A stretch of DNA of 63,622 nt, the filler included, from Streblomastix strix (lineage: Eukaryota), in the NCBI GenBank assembly GCA_008636045.1. It is 2 parts of 2 records of this genome, joined end to end, with 100 filler letters (N's around TTAATTAATTAA, not from the genome) between each part and the next. Parts side by side here need not be neighbours in the genome. Positions count along the whole stretch, not along the records: positions 1 to 31,789 come from SNRW01000077.1; positions 31,890 to 63,622 come from SNRW01000078.1. One strand, written 5' to 3'. The position numbers and the translations under genes were made by a program. Numbering within the stretch: the stretch's first letter is position 1; every line of letters begins with the position of its first letter. A model generated the notes under the pieces. The model saw only the letters and a list, made by a program, of their open reading frames with translations. It was not told where the DNA came from and did not search any database. Positions 27,727-40,168 of this stretch are shown here, one piece after another.

Positions 27727-28726
27727 ATGGAATAATAGCGTGAAATATCTCATGTCACTATGAGTAATTTAGATACGATTGATGAGAACGAATAGATTAA
27801 TTAATAAAAATAGGTAAATAAAAATAATATAATAATAAGTAGAGTAACAAAAATAAATTAAAGAATTTAATACATTATTATAATTTATTGATAATGAGAT
27901 AATAAAGTATTTTAATTATTTGAATTAATTCTTTAATAATTCTATCGATTTTATTAATTTATATTCTGACTAGATTATTCAAAGAATAAAGACATTTTTA
28001 TAACCTATAATAGCTGATAAAATTATTAGATAAGGTTGAACAAGTAACTAAATTCTATTAGCTAATGTAGATACTTCGAATTTAGATGATTTTCGACCAA
28101 AGGTAAGACGATATGCGTACGATGATTTTACTCTATAACCGAGTAATAAAGTTGATGACAAATTAGGTGGTATAAAAATAAGTAGAGGAGTTAATAAAGA
28201 AATAGAGAGTAATTTATATTTATGAATTAATGTCTATGATAGTATCTAAATAATCGATGGCCACACAGTGCTTATTCCTTATTTAGAATATAGTTAGGTG
28301 TTATCATCAAAATTAACTAGTACAACTACAGGATTTAAAAATGTTTAACCATTCTAAATTTAAAAAATGAAAAATGTTAATAATATAAATAAAGGAGTGT
28401 ATATCGATAAAGAAAAGGGTTCTTAGATTTATATAACTCCGGCATCGTTTATATTAATGCATATTTTCGTTGGACTTCATAACGGAGGTTCGACTAACAT
28501 TCATGTTATAATGGGAACCGTTGATGATGATTCTGTACTTAAATTTTTTGGGCTAATAATTATGTAGCATTTTATGACTTATTCAGCAAATATAAATTAA
28601 TATCTTGATTGTGCAATCAATTAGCAGGGATATTTTATTATAAATTCCAATTCTCTTATTAATTTACTATCACCATTAAACGTGGAAATTAATGGCACAT
28701 ATTTTTATAATTTTGGTGCAAGCTGA
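27727..28726 (+). pseudogene. Viral fibre-like protein 1, copy 1
   Basis: DQIIQRIKTFLQPIIADKIIRQG*TSNQILLAN (tail-fibre DQxIxGxKTF-like motif) followed by a copy-specific beta-rich domain; TGA 28724-28726. Confidence 0.55.
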
Positions 28727-28747
28727 TGATAATTTAAAAATAAACAA

Positions 28748-28880
28748 ATGGAAGGTTTTGAAGAGACAATCATTTACGCCCTAGATTAATTGAACATAAA
28801 CTGGCACACAATCTTTAATACTATTTGGGAAGCAGAAATCAAATACGTTGAGAATCAAAGATTTGCTGTCGAAAAATAAA
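28748..28880 (+). CDS. Small conserved viral ORF (unknown)
   Basis: MEGFEETIIYALDQLNINWHTIFNTIWEAEIKYVE; near-identical at ~51037-51170. Confidence 0.5.
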
Positions 28881-28917
28881 TTTACTTTTACTTCGGGAAG
28901 TTCGAACCTACGGTTCC

Positions 28918-30867
28918 TCACTGAGGTTTAATAGCTCCACCAGCAAGCTCACCAATAACATCAGCTTTTAGAACATATGGCATTGAACTGTCATTAAATA
29001 TGATCCTAACAAACGCATCACACAAGTAATGCGACATGGAGTAATAGATGCTTTAGTAGGATCAGGATATGCTCTAGTTCCAATGAATTATTTGAAATCA
29101 TTTTAGATCTATAATGGACTTACATTAGTTGTATCAATAATTCTTTTAGTCAAATTTTCATATAAAATCATTTATACATTAGTTCTTGACTTAATCTTTG
29201 AAGAGTTATATCCCCGCATAAATAAGTCATCAGTAGCCAATTTCCATGCAAACATATATTTGTTAGGATAAAGTGTTTTAATAGCTTTACTTCCACTATA
29301 CAATGATGTTAAATAGACTATATTAGCCATTTTGAATTAATTATTATTATCTATCAATCCATTGAAATTTTTCTTATCATCAATCTTCAAGTTCTTGAAT
29401 GTAAGAGAATGATATAGATCTGATAGAGCACTAACAACATCTTAATCAACAAAGCAGTCAAACATTTATCTATTAGTTGCACAATTTAATAATTTATATG
29501 GTTATGAGATAACATTATTCTAATCAATAACCAGATTGAGTCCCGTAAATAGTACAGGGAAAAACCATGTTGGATATTAGGGCATAGCAAATGTTATAAA
29601 TAGTACTTTTTATTAGAGAATTACATAATACTTTACATAGATCCACTTTCTTTATCAAATCCACTAAATGGAAAGTTCGACGATTATGCTCTAAATATTT
29701 GAGTAAGAACGTTTATTATTTTTTGTTATTGAATCAAACTAATTGTTGCTTCTTCATTTCCAATATTGAAGCTTACGTTCTAAATCTCCAATACATCAAA
29801 TTTAGCCGTTTCAATCTAGCTAATTGAATTTTGAGGTATTTTATCACCAACAGCCGCATTTTACATATTTACAATTCTTAACTTATATCTCTGTCATTCA
29901 AATCCATCCATATCATCACCTGCCAAAAGATTAACAATATCAGGTTTTTCAGGAGGAATCATATGACAAGCTAAATGATTTTTCATTATAGTATCATTTT
30001 TATTAAGTCAAACAACCTTCAAATCTTATAGGAAATCTTATATAAATAATTATATGTGTAATGTTGCATAGTTACGTTTAAATACAAGGAATGAATTAAA
30101 TTTAGTATTCAGGTAGTTAAAATCAAGTACTCCATTAAATGTAATATCAAAAGGAATTTTGTAATAGAATGGTGTTCCTGTAGTTTAAACAGTTGCTTGT
30201 CTGTCAATTTCACAACGTGATTTATCAATAAATACTCCACAATTACGTTTTCCTTCAATTATACTTTCTATTGGTGAAAAACTAAAGCTTTTTTTAGTGC
30301 ACAAATCACTAAGAGAATTACCACTAATTACTACGTATTCTCTTGCATAGATTGCAGATTCCCATAATTCTGTTGCATTTTTCATTAGTATGAATTGGTA
30401 GAATGGTCCACAAGCTGTTGAGAATCCGATCCAAAATTATAGATGTTCTGATGCTTCAATGCCTTAAGCTGTTTTACCATAATATCCTTATTACGCTTAT
30501 TACATATTTGTAGTCCAATAGGCTAATGGATCTTTTTTATGATTGAAATTAATTCAAGCTGTTAATTTGCTTTCAGTATCCCAATCATTATATGTTTCAT
30601 TTAATAATATCGCTAATGTATTTGCTGGTATAGTTATTCTCCAATTTACCTAACAAGTTTATACCATTGAACATGTTAATTTTCCTCGTGCTCCTAATGG
30701 CGCTCTGGTATATTTAACTCCACTAAATGTAAGTTAGGTAATAGGAGAATCGAAGAAATTTTGCTTTGATATTTCAAACGAATGAGGATGGATAGATAAC
30801 CACTAACGTAATCGGAATGTTGCATTTTTGCTAATCGTCTAAGATAATCACTGGATTTGAATGATAT
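28918..30867 (-). pseudogene. Putative major capsid protein (double jelly-roll), copy 1
   Basis: ~640-codon beta-rich ORF, strongly conserved between copies (EHLQFWIGFSTACGPFYQF, PTWFFPVLF, DVIGELAGGAIKPQ*). MCP identity inferred from size, conservation and linkage to the packaging ATPase. Frameshifts present. Confidence 0.6.
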
Positions 30868-30932
30868 TTCATTGAAACAAAAATTTACAAAATGGAACGG
30901 ATGTTTTTGTAAATAGTTTTATAATAAATCAA

Positions 30933-31141
30933 ATGGGTTTCATCTCTGGAATAGCAAATTTTGGATCAAAAAATGGTAGGTAGCGTTAAGAAAATTAGCA
31001 TAATGAGTTGCGTTAACATTACGTAAAGTTTAATTAAAAATATTAGGTCTTATTGGAATGATTCATCCGGGAATTTGAGGTGTATTTGGTGCAGGAGCCA
31101 ATCTTGCAGGTTCTATTGATAAATTAGTTAATAAACGCTGA
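30933..31141 (+). pseudogene. Small amphipathic protein resembling adenovirus protein VI, copy 1
   Basis: MGFISGIANFGSK..GAGANLAGSIDKLVNKR*; homopolymer frameshifts relative to copy 2. Confidence 0.55.
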
Positions 31142-31166
31142 TAATGACCAATTTATTTTTATAGAA

Positions 31167-31644
31167 AGGAACAACTCATTATCGTAACAATAAATCCATA
31201 CTGTTAGATAACTTATCACTAACTATATTGTCTACTATATTCAAAATTAGAAACGAGGTGGATCAAGTGTTGGAATGATGCCAAATGAAGAGTATCAATT
31301 ATTCATAGATAATAACAACGCATTAATCTTTGCAGCTAATAATTAAATCTTTGATGGAATGACATCAGATTACGTATTAAAATTAGAACCTAATGGATTG
31401 TTAGCAATGAAGAATTTGAAAGTGATTAATTTTGATTTAGTTGCTTAGATTAATTAGTTGATTAACTAAATGAATTTTTTATAACAATCAATTGGGACAA
31501 CTGAATAAGATATTTCTAATATAAAAAATTAAATTGATACCATTTATCAAGAATTATCACGATAAACACATTTCCGAGGATATTATTTATTGAATAGTGA
31601 CATATAAAATTTACCTAATTCCGCTAATGTAGATTTTTCATTTT
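31167..31644 (+). pseudogene. Viral fibre-like protein 2, N-terminal part, copy 1
   Basis: Homologous to 53487-53970 (QLFIDNNNAL..coiled coil..THFRGYYLLN); cut by an inverted chimera. Confidence 0.6.
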
Positions 31645-31789
31645 GTGGATTTGATAAAGAAAGTGGATCTATGTAAAGTATTATGTCATTCTCTAATAAA
31701 AAGTACTATTTATAACATTTGCTATGCCCTAATATCCAACATGGTTTTTCCCTGTACTATTTACGGGACTCAATCTGGTTATTGATTAG
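31645..31789 (-). repeat. Near-perfect inverted duplicate of 29520-29664 at the contig end (probable amplification chimera)
   Basis: Reverse complement matches the MCP segment ctaatcaataaccagattgagtccc..tttatcaaatccac. Confidence 0.85.
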
Positions 31790-31889
31790 NNNNNNNNNNN
31801 NNNNNNNNNNNNNNNNNNNNNNNNNNNNNNNNNTTAATTAATTAANNNNNNNNNNNNNNNNNNNNNNNNNNNNNNNNNNNNNNNNNNNN
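31790..31889. other. Artificial contig-joining spacer
   Basis: 44 N + TTAATTAATTAA (six-frame stop in the standard code) + 44 N = exactly 100 nt; the flanking contigs are of nearly equal length. Confidence 0.95.
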
Positions 31890-34632
31890 TGTTGTTGACG
31901 GAGAAACTAATAACTCCGCAAACTCACCAAGTGCCCATAAGCACAGTTTTAGCAATGGATAATCACATTCGGGTGCAATTGCTTCATCAAGAGTAGCAAG
32001 AGCTAATATTATGAATTCAGGAGTAATTTAGTTTGGTTTTAATTCATCATAATAATTATTATCAATTGGTGTTGAATAAAAAGCACCCGACTAGAAAAGA
32101 GGATGATTCTTAGATAATTTGATTAGTAATTGTTGTTATTCAGTTGTGAAGTTACTAACAGACAGGAAATCTGGAACAGCAAATGGGAAATCAAAGTTGC
32201 CAAATGGTTTTGCACGATCATTATTTGTGTCAGTTGATGCAAATCCTTAGAAGAATGAGCTTATTGGTTGATCAGTGCCAATGCGACGATCTTCAGATGG
32301 AGGAATTTAGATTGGAAGTTTCTTTGATGAATCTTTTGAGTCTTTGGTTAATACTTAATCTTTGGAATCTTTATCTGTTTTAGATCCTAAATCTTCAGAA
32401 CCTTTAATTGTCTAATTACTTTAGATTTTAGAGAAAATCAGTTTATACGCACGTGCACTACGCTGTATCAGTAAATAGGTTAACAACCGCTTTGCCATAA
32501 ACTATCTATATTCATTGGGAGTAGCTGAAATACAAGCAATCACGGATCTCTCAACAGAAGCAGGAGTAGTCTCGCCACCAGCTATCAATATCTATACAGA
32601 TGCATCTACAAGCCATCTTGGGTCTGGATGGCATGATTCGCAGATGTCCCAGACGCGTTGGACGGATTCACTTCTCTTTGTGGTGTCACTCACACAGATG
32701 GAGGAGATCATGTGGGGAAGCTGATGGTTTAAATTGTAAAGAAAAATATATAATAAGAAAGAAAGAATGAATTAGTAATGTAAAAAATAAAAATAAATGA
32801 ATATAGTAAATAAAGAAATGCATTGAATGAATTAATATTATGTATAGAATGAATGAATGAATATAGAATATAAATTATTCTTCCCATAATCTAATCACAC
32901 ATTCATATAATCATATATAAATATATCATATATCATATATCATACCATAGACTATATATTTACTGAGTCTACCATCTCAGCTACAACACTCAGAGCTCTT
33001 AATCTGATTGACTCATCTGTATCACCCAAGCATTTAAGCACTATATCTTTGTATTTGGTGATAATCTGCTTGTCTATATATTATATAAATATATAATTGT
33101 GATGTATAATATATATGAGATATGAATTAATATGATAATATGAATTAATATGATAATAGGAATTGATATGACAGTTAGAATTAATAAATAAACTATTAAA
33201 AAAAATTAAATTTATTTGAAAATATCATAAGTATATTAAAAATACCATGAAATACAATCTTTGACAGTAGTGATAAAGCGACATATCGTGAATTGTTGTC
33301 TCTACGAGAAAGGAATCGCATTAATGTAGTCACGGCTAATGTACGAAGAGCCTAAATAAATGAATAATTGAATAAATAAATATCAATAAAAAAAAAATAT
33401 TGAAGAAATATTTAATAGTAGTAGAAATTATGAGTAAAATATATTCAAATATATAAAATAAAAAACATCATACCGCTTCCTCCGACACTGACAATATCGT
33501 GTGTATGCACTCATACAGTACAGCATTAGCAGCCGTATTCGCTTTATCCTTATCATTCGCAGTCTCAGTAGCAATCTGACTCAGGATATCCCCAACTGGC
33601 TTAATTACATCAGGAATCTCAGGTTTTGCTAGACAAAGCACTCTTAAGTTCTGGAGCAGTTTTACTTGTAAGTATGGGTCTGTTATCCCACGAATGCTGT
33701 GTTATCCAGCTGAAGACGAGAGCAATAATGCTCGAAGTGCGCGGATGATGATGAAGATGTAGATCTGATGTGGATGTTAATAATATAATATATATGAATG
33801 CGATTATTAAATAATAAAAGTAATAATTATATAGAATATATGTTATATTTATATATAATAGATCAATTGAATAAATGATAAATTTAATTAAATTTCATTC
33901 AATCAAACTTTCCTATTCGGAGCAACCAACTCATGTGCTCTCAACTCACATTCGCTCAACAAAGCACATGTTGAAATAACAACTGCATGTGATCTCTCAC
34001 TCAATAGTGCTTGTATCTTCGGTATAAACACTTCAGCGAATGAATGATCTTCACGAATCGCTCTTACTGCAACAAGAGCAGCTTTCTTTCTTATGAATGA
34101 ATGCGCGTGTGTCAAACATGCCAGTAATTCAGGTAAGAACTATCTTACCATATCTGCATCAGCTACATTAGACACAGCTGTGAGTGCGATTGACACTATG
34201 AAGTTGTTCTGGGACATTAGGTCAGTTCTAATTGAGTTTGGCAACAGGGTGAGTAGTTCATCATTTGGATCAAGTAGGACTGTGAAGACTAAATATCCGA
34301 TTCGTTTGTCTAGATACTTAGGCGAGGCGATGAGCTTGATGGCTTCGACTGGGAATGGATGAATTATGCAATAATTTAGTAATAAATAAATATAATTAGA
34401 ATAAAATATAGGGAAATAGAATCAATAAAATTAAACCTTTACCGAAATGCGCTGGATAACCCATCAAATGCATGAAGACGACTTTCAGAAGGTTTGAACG
34501 AAGATGCCTATCCTTAGGATCTTTCAGAGCAGAGCGTATCCGCGCACTTTCTGCAGTTATAACTGATCGTTCTTAGGCGTGCGTTTCTGAAGAGCGTATG
34601 GCTAGTGCAAAATCACTCAAAGTTTGGCTCAT
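31890..34632 (-). CDS. AP1G: AP-1 adaptor complex gamma subunit (3' part missing at contig end)
   Basis: LSDFALAIRSSETHAQERSVITAESARIR, MHLMGYPAHFG, DKRIGYL, FIRKKAAL, ITDPYLQVKLL, NAVLYEC, DNNSRYVAL, WALGEFAELL; multiple GT-AG introns. Confidence 0.93.
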
Positions 34633-35247
34633 CGCTGAACAGATTTAAATAATAATATATAATTTATTAAACATATTAGATAATAATGAATATGTGAAAA
34701 TAATTATAAATATAATGAATTAATTAATAAATACAGCATGAAATGTTTGAATAATAAATTAGAATTTGTAATTTACATTTTGTAGTAACTGAAATTGTAA
34801 AAGTCAGTATATTTAATATTAATATTATTATAAGGATATTTTTCAAAAAAATATAGAAATAAAATGTAATTTATTTACACTTAGATGAGTTTCAGTGGAA
34901 TCTTTGTCAAATGTGAGTTTCTGGTATCATTCTATTTGAAAATGATAATTAGTTGGATGAGTAGGATCAATAAATAAGTTATTCATGAAAATTTCAATTT
35001 TATTAATTTATTAGAAGGCAACCTAAATAGCAGCAGGCAAACCTTTTTGTGAATTGAGTGATTTCTAAACTTTCAAGTAAGTAATATATTGATATTGTTA
35101 CATTAATATTAAATTTGAAGAAAATATATATTATTAACCTGTTTATATAGAATCATGCCAGAAAAATAAGTTAAAAATACATTCGTTTTAAAACTTCAAA
35201 TAAACCCAAAATCGCATTTTTATTTTTATTAACTCAAATAAATATCA

Positions 35248-38200
35248 ATGAGCCATTCACATGATAGATAATAAAGACGTAAAAATCGAGGTAAGACGAG
35301 AGAAGACGAATCTTATTCTTCAGAATCATCCTCTGCATCATCTAGTACAACTACTGATGATTATTCATCACACTCATCATACTCACGATCTTCTAGATCA
35401 GGGTCATCTGATTCTCCTCGTAATTCTTCCCCTTCTAAATTATAAAATTTAACTAATTCTCATACTCCTGTAGACTCTTCTGAAAATAAGTATAATTAAT
35501 CTTAATAGATTAACATTAATTAAACTGATAATAAGTCAGAATCAATAATTTAATCAGGAACCAATCATTTAAATGCAGAAACTAATAATCAATAATAACA
35601 CAAATCTCCGCATTATCACAGCCATGACCACCATCACTCTGATCCCCGTCATTTTTCAAATTCATGAGACCATAGACACCGTCCATATCACCATTCTTAT
35701 GATCACAATTCACATTCCTCAGATAGGCACAAGAAAAGCAGTCATAGCCACAAATATGATTCGCGTGATTAATACAGGAGACATTCTCATGACTCTTATC
35801 ATCCACATCACCGCGATTCCAGATCGCCACGTCATAATTCTCATGGCCATCATCATATTAGTCATAATTAATCCAAACTTACTAAGAAAAATACAGCAAT
35901 GCTAAATTTCTCAAAACCACAAAATTCTAATTAAATTATAGGAAATACATAAAACCAATAATAAATCCTACAAAATAATAATTAACTGCCACAAACAAAT
36001 ATAACCAATTAATAAACTGCATTCTAGTAATCTCCAATTACAAGATCACAGCAGATGATCCAATAATAACAAGTGCATAATTCAACTTCGCTTGATACAA
36101 TTTACTCATAAAACGCATCTCCTACTCCAAGATCAGTTTCATAATCAGATTCAAACTAAGATATAAGTTCAAATTAAATCTTAAATTCGAATTAATCCTT
36201 AAATTAAAAAGGTCTATCAAGTCTGAGTACATCTTCTACAAACTCAACTGCTCTGGTTTCAATGTAGAATGAAATACAATCAGAAAAAGGGTCATAATAA
36301 TCTGCAATGAATGTAAATGAACAGCAGTTTGCGAAAAGCCAGAACTCAGTATCGAATTCACTATCTCAGTCAAGAAACGAAGCTGGGAATGAATAATCAG
36401 TAGGAATCAATACATCTCAATAACTTAATCAGTAAAAATAACAACAATAATAATAATAATAAAATTCATAAGATCCATAACATGGTCGAGAACAAAACTT
36501 AGTCGGAGTAGTTGTGAATGTACTCCATCGTGCATATGCGACCATGTTAAACGTGTAATTGGGGATTCGTGTGAGCATTGAAAGGGTTACAACAAAACCA
36601 AGTGTGAATATCTCATTAGATGATTTTTCTGAAGCTGTGAAATTTATTCTGCCGAAATTACCTGAGTTATAACCTGAGAATATGGAAGAGATCATTTCAT
36701 AAGCAAGGTAACAGGAAATGGAAGCTAATTAGAAGAAAGAAAAACAATAAAAATAAGAAGAGGAAGAAGAATAAAAATAAAAAGTTTAGGATTAATCTTA
36801 GTAAGAATAAGAAAAAGATTTAAAAAAGAATAAAAAAGACCATACTCCCTCAAAATTAATTAAATAACCACAATCTCCAATCCCATCAGAAACAGAGACA
36901 ATCTACACTGAGAAGGAAGAAGAAGAAGAAAGACAGCATGATGATATTGATGAACTAAACGAAGCACAATAAAAAAGAGAATCAAAAGGTAACAAACAAG
37001 ATGATCGACCGTATGACTTCAAATTCAAAGATTATGCACCTTTCATTTTTAGGAAGATGCGTGAGAGGTTCGGAGTTGACCCAAATGATTATATTCTGTC
37101 ACTTTGTGGGAATGAATCACTTTATACACTTCCAACACCAGGAAAATCATCCGCATTTTTCTTTTATTCATCTGATCAAAGTTTCCTGATTAAAACCATG
37201 ACCAGAAATGAATCATAATTTATGAGATAATTATTGCCAGCATATTACAAGCACACTATCCACTATAGAAACACTAACCTAGTTCGTATTTATGGTATGC
37301 ACAGACTTCGCGCTTTCAAAGGGAAAAAAGTGTACTTCATAGTGATGAGCAACATCTGCGATACAGATTTCCTGATCCATTAGAGATACGATCTGAAAGG
37401 ATCATCATATGGAAGATCCATCTCTGAGAAAGAAATTAAGAAAATCAGTGAAGGTTCAACATCAGTTATTCTAAAAGATAAGGATGTACATAGGACTTTC
37501 TGCTTAGGTCCAAACAAACACAAGCTTTTCCATCAGCAGCTCCAGATTGATGTGAATTTCATGCAGTAGAACAGGATTATGGATTATTCACTATTATTAG
37601 CTGTGCATAAAAGATCAATTGGTGGTGAAGGTGGATGGAATCGTGTTCCTTTTATACATTATCAGTAACTTCTGTATTAATAGTATCAATAATAGATAAT
37701 GACTCAGCAATAAGCTATTCAGATGTAACTTTAGATGTCGTAATAGTCTATGCAAATGTAATAGCAGATTTTTAATGGTTAATAGCAACAGCAGAAGTAT
37801 AGACGAACTAGTAATACTCATGGAGGTCGTAATAGGCGTGATTCATTACATGATACACAACTACCTAATATGCCACAGTAGTATTTTGGAATGAACATGA
37901 ACTACAACCAGTACCAAATGCAGATGCAGTAATTGGCATTAGTATAAGCACAAGCACAACAGCAATATCCAAACAATCAACTCATGCAAGAGATAAATGC
38001 TGCTGGTGGAATCAACATGAACATCCAAAGCTAATTTTTCCCAAGGTCCGCCAACATGCCTGCATCATAACGTGCAGTTCCAGTACAGGATAGGTTCACT
38101 GCAGATTTACCCAATGGTACAACTCTAACACATCCTGGTTTTTTGGGCCCCAAAGGAACTTGGGTGAATATTTTCTAGGCTGATTCTGGAGGGATGGTTA

Positions 38201-38580
38201 CAACAGATGACAGGAAAGTTGGGAGCGAGCCTGGGAGCGAGATTCTGTTTGTGGGCGTCATTGACATTTTAACGCGGTGGAACGGCAGAAAAAAAGCTGA
38301 GAATTTGTTAAAAAGGTCTTTTCTGAGGCAGGACGGGAAGCAGATTTCGGCGGTTTCTCCTGAGTACTACGGTGAGAGGTTCTTGGAATTTATGCGATGC
38401 ATATTCGTGCCATATAAACCGGAGCGTGTGCAGCGATTCAACTTCGGATTCCTGAAAGATTCGCCTTTCAAGGAAGCTGCTGCAACTGCGATATTAAAAT
38501 CTGCAGAAGAGGAAAAAGCAAAATAAAAAGAGTAGGAAGGTAAATTAGTTAAAAGTGGTTAAATGCAAGATAAGAAATGA
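35248..38580 (+). CDS. PIP5K: Phosphatidylinositol-4-phosphate 5-kinase (PIP5K/Mss4 family) with long S/H/Q-rich regions
   Basis: MLNVQLGIR, FKFKDYAP, PGKSSAFF..IKT, RYDLKGS, LKDKD, IMDYSLL, GVIDILT, ISAVSPEYYGERF; no introns within the CDS; TGA 38578-38580. One in-frame TGA at 35665, so the start may be 35899. Confidence 0.9.
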
Positions 38581-39300
38581 AATGGGTTATAGTATCGCAA
38601 GAAAACTAAAAGTAGCGTTAACCTTAGTTTTATTACTTATAATATTCAATCATGTTCATTTCAAATTGTTATTATCGTTTATATGCAATCCATGATTGGA
38701 AACTGAAAAAATAAATTATTCATAAAATCCAGTTTTCTAATCACATAGTGTAAGCGCAGTTGTCAAACTATCAATCTTTTAACATTTAAAACCATTACAT
38801 CGATATTATACATACTAACAACTAGGATATTATCTTATATTCTCAAATCAATTTTTTTTTGATTTCTAACTAATATAGAGATTATTCAATAATTTATTTA
38901 TAATTTATACCCATTAATTATACAATATAACCCTTTTATACAAATTTCAGTTCTTTTACACAAAAGATCAAACAAAAAAAGCTTTTATTTTTTTTTTATA
39001 TAAAACCCAGATTTTTTCCACTACATACAAAATATAAAACATTTTTTTTATTTTCCCCTAAACTCCCTACCATGAGGGACTTCGCCCCTCCTTGACGCCT
39101 TCGCTGGTCGGCCCCAGCATTGTGCAGGTTGATTCTGATTTTTTTTCGCTTGTTCCAATTTTGGCTTTTATATTAAATTATATAATCGTTACCTGATTAT
39201 ACCAATAAACCCAAATTTTCATACTATTTCAACTGTTTATTTTTTTATTTTGCTTTTTCAACTGTTTATTTTTTGCTTTTGCTTTTTCTTTATTTGCAGA

Positions 39301-40168
39301 ATGCCTCGTTAACTCAGTGACATCATTTTTGATCTGAAATTTGGCGCAAAGCGCTTTGAACAACAGAGTAATCAAATGCGAAAGAAAGCAAACGAAGACA
39401 AACTTAAAATCAAGAAAGCAATCCAATAAAATAATAAAGAAGGGGCCTAGATTTATGCAGAGAATGTCATTAGAGAGCAAAATATGTCGATGTTCTATCT
39501 TCGCACCGCATCTCGAATGGAGGGTATCGTCAACAAACTCGAAATCAACCAGAGCATGCAGGCTATCGTGAAAGGACTTGACCAGGTTAACAATTCTTCA
39601 ATTTTATTTATTGTTTAATTTTATTATTATTACTGTCAAAATTCATCAGGTTAATAATTCATTAAAAGGTGTGATGGGAGATTCTGATATGAAGAAAGTT
39701 AACCAGGTTCTGGGTTAGTTCGAAGGCATGATGGAAAAGATGGACAACCGCGTTGATGTTATCACAAATGCGATGGAGCCAGTCACAGAATCGCAAATCA
39801 ACAGAGTTTGACAATTTTATTATATTAATTGATTTTTATCAATTTAATCATTTTAATTGATTTTTAAATTTATTTTGATTAATATATATTTAATTGATTA
39901 TTACATACGTATAATACAGTCTGAAGTCGACAATCTGATTGCTCAAGTTGCAGCCGAGCACCAGTTACAACTTCAGGGTGATTTTGCATAGATGCAACAA
40001 CCTAATGCTGCTATCCAGCCCCAATTCCAACCTGTTTAGGGAGGTTTAATTTATATATTTTATACCATATTATTTTTATTACAATATCATTTTATTTTAT
40101 TGCTTTTGTTATTAGCTGGCGAAGCAGATCTCAATGAGCGACTTCGATAACTAACTGGAGGACAATGA
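39301..40168 (+). CDS. CHMP1: ESCRT-III associated protein CHMP1/Did2/Vps46
   Basis: IFDLKFGAKRFEQQS..KIKKAIQ..EGAQIYAENVIREQN..YLRTASRME; C-terminal MIM1-like DLNERLRQL; 3 coding introns plus a probable 5'-UTR intron 39128-39299. Confidence 0.92.

Larger units (their letters stand above)
25240..31789. mobile_element. Endogenous Polinton/adintovirus-like virus, copy 1 (structural module, truncated by contig end, degenerate)
   Basis: Intronless, densely packed ORFs colinear with and homologous to 48300-53970, which adjoins the ATPase and pPolB. Confidence 0.85.

Noticed and set aside
29520..31789. Terminal inverted repeats of the virus
   Set aside because: The inverted partner lies inside the MCP coding sequence, and the contig-end position plus microhomology indicate an amplification chimera.
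31790..31889. Viral insertion disrupting the AP-1 gamma gene
   Set aside because: The junction is an artificial 100-nt spacer. The two sides are separate contigs and the AP1G 3' end is not on the left side.
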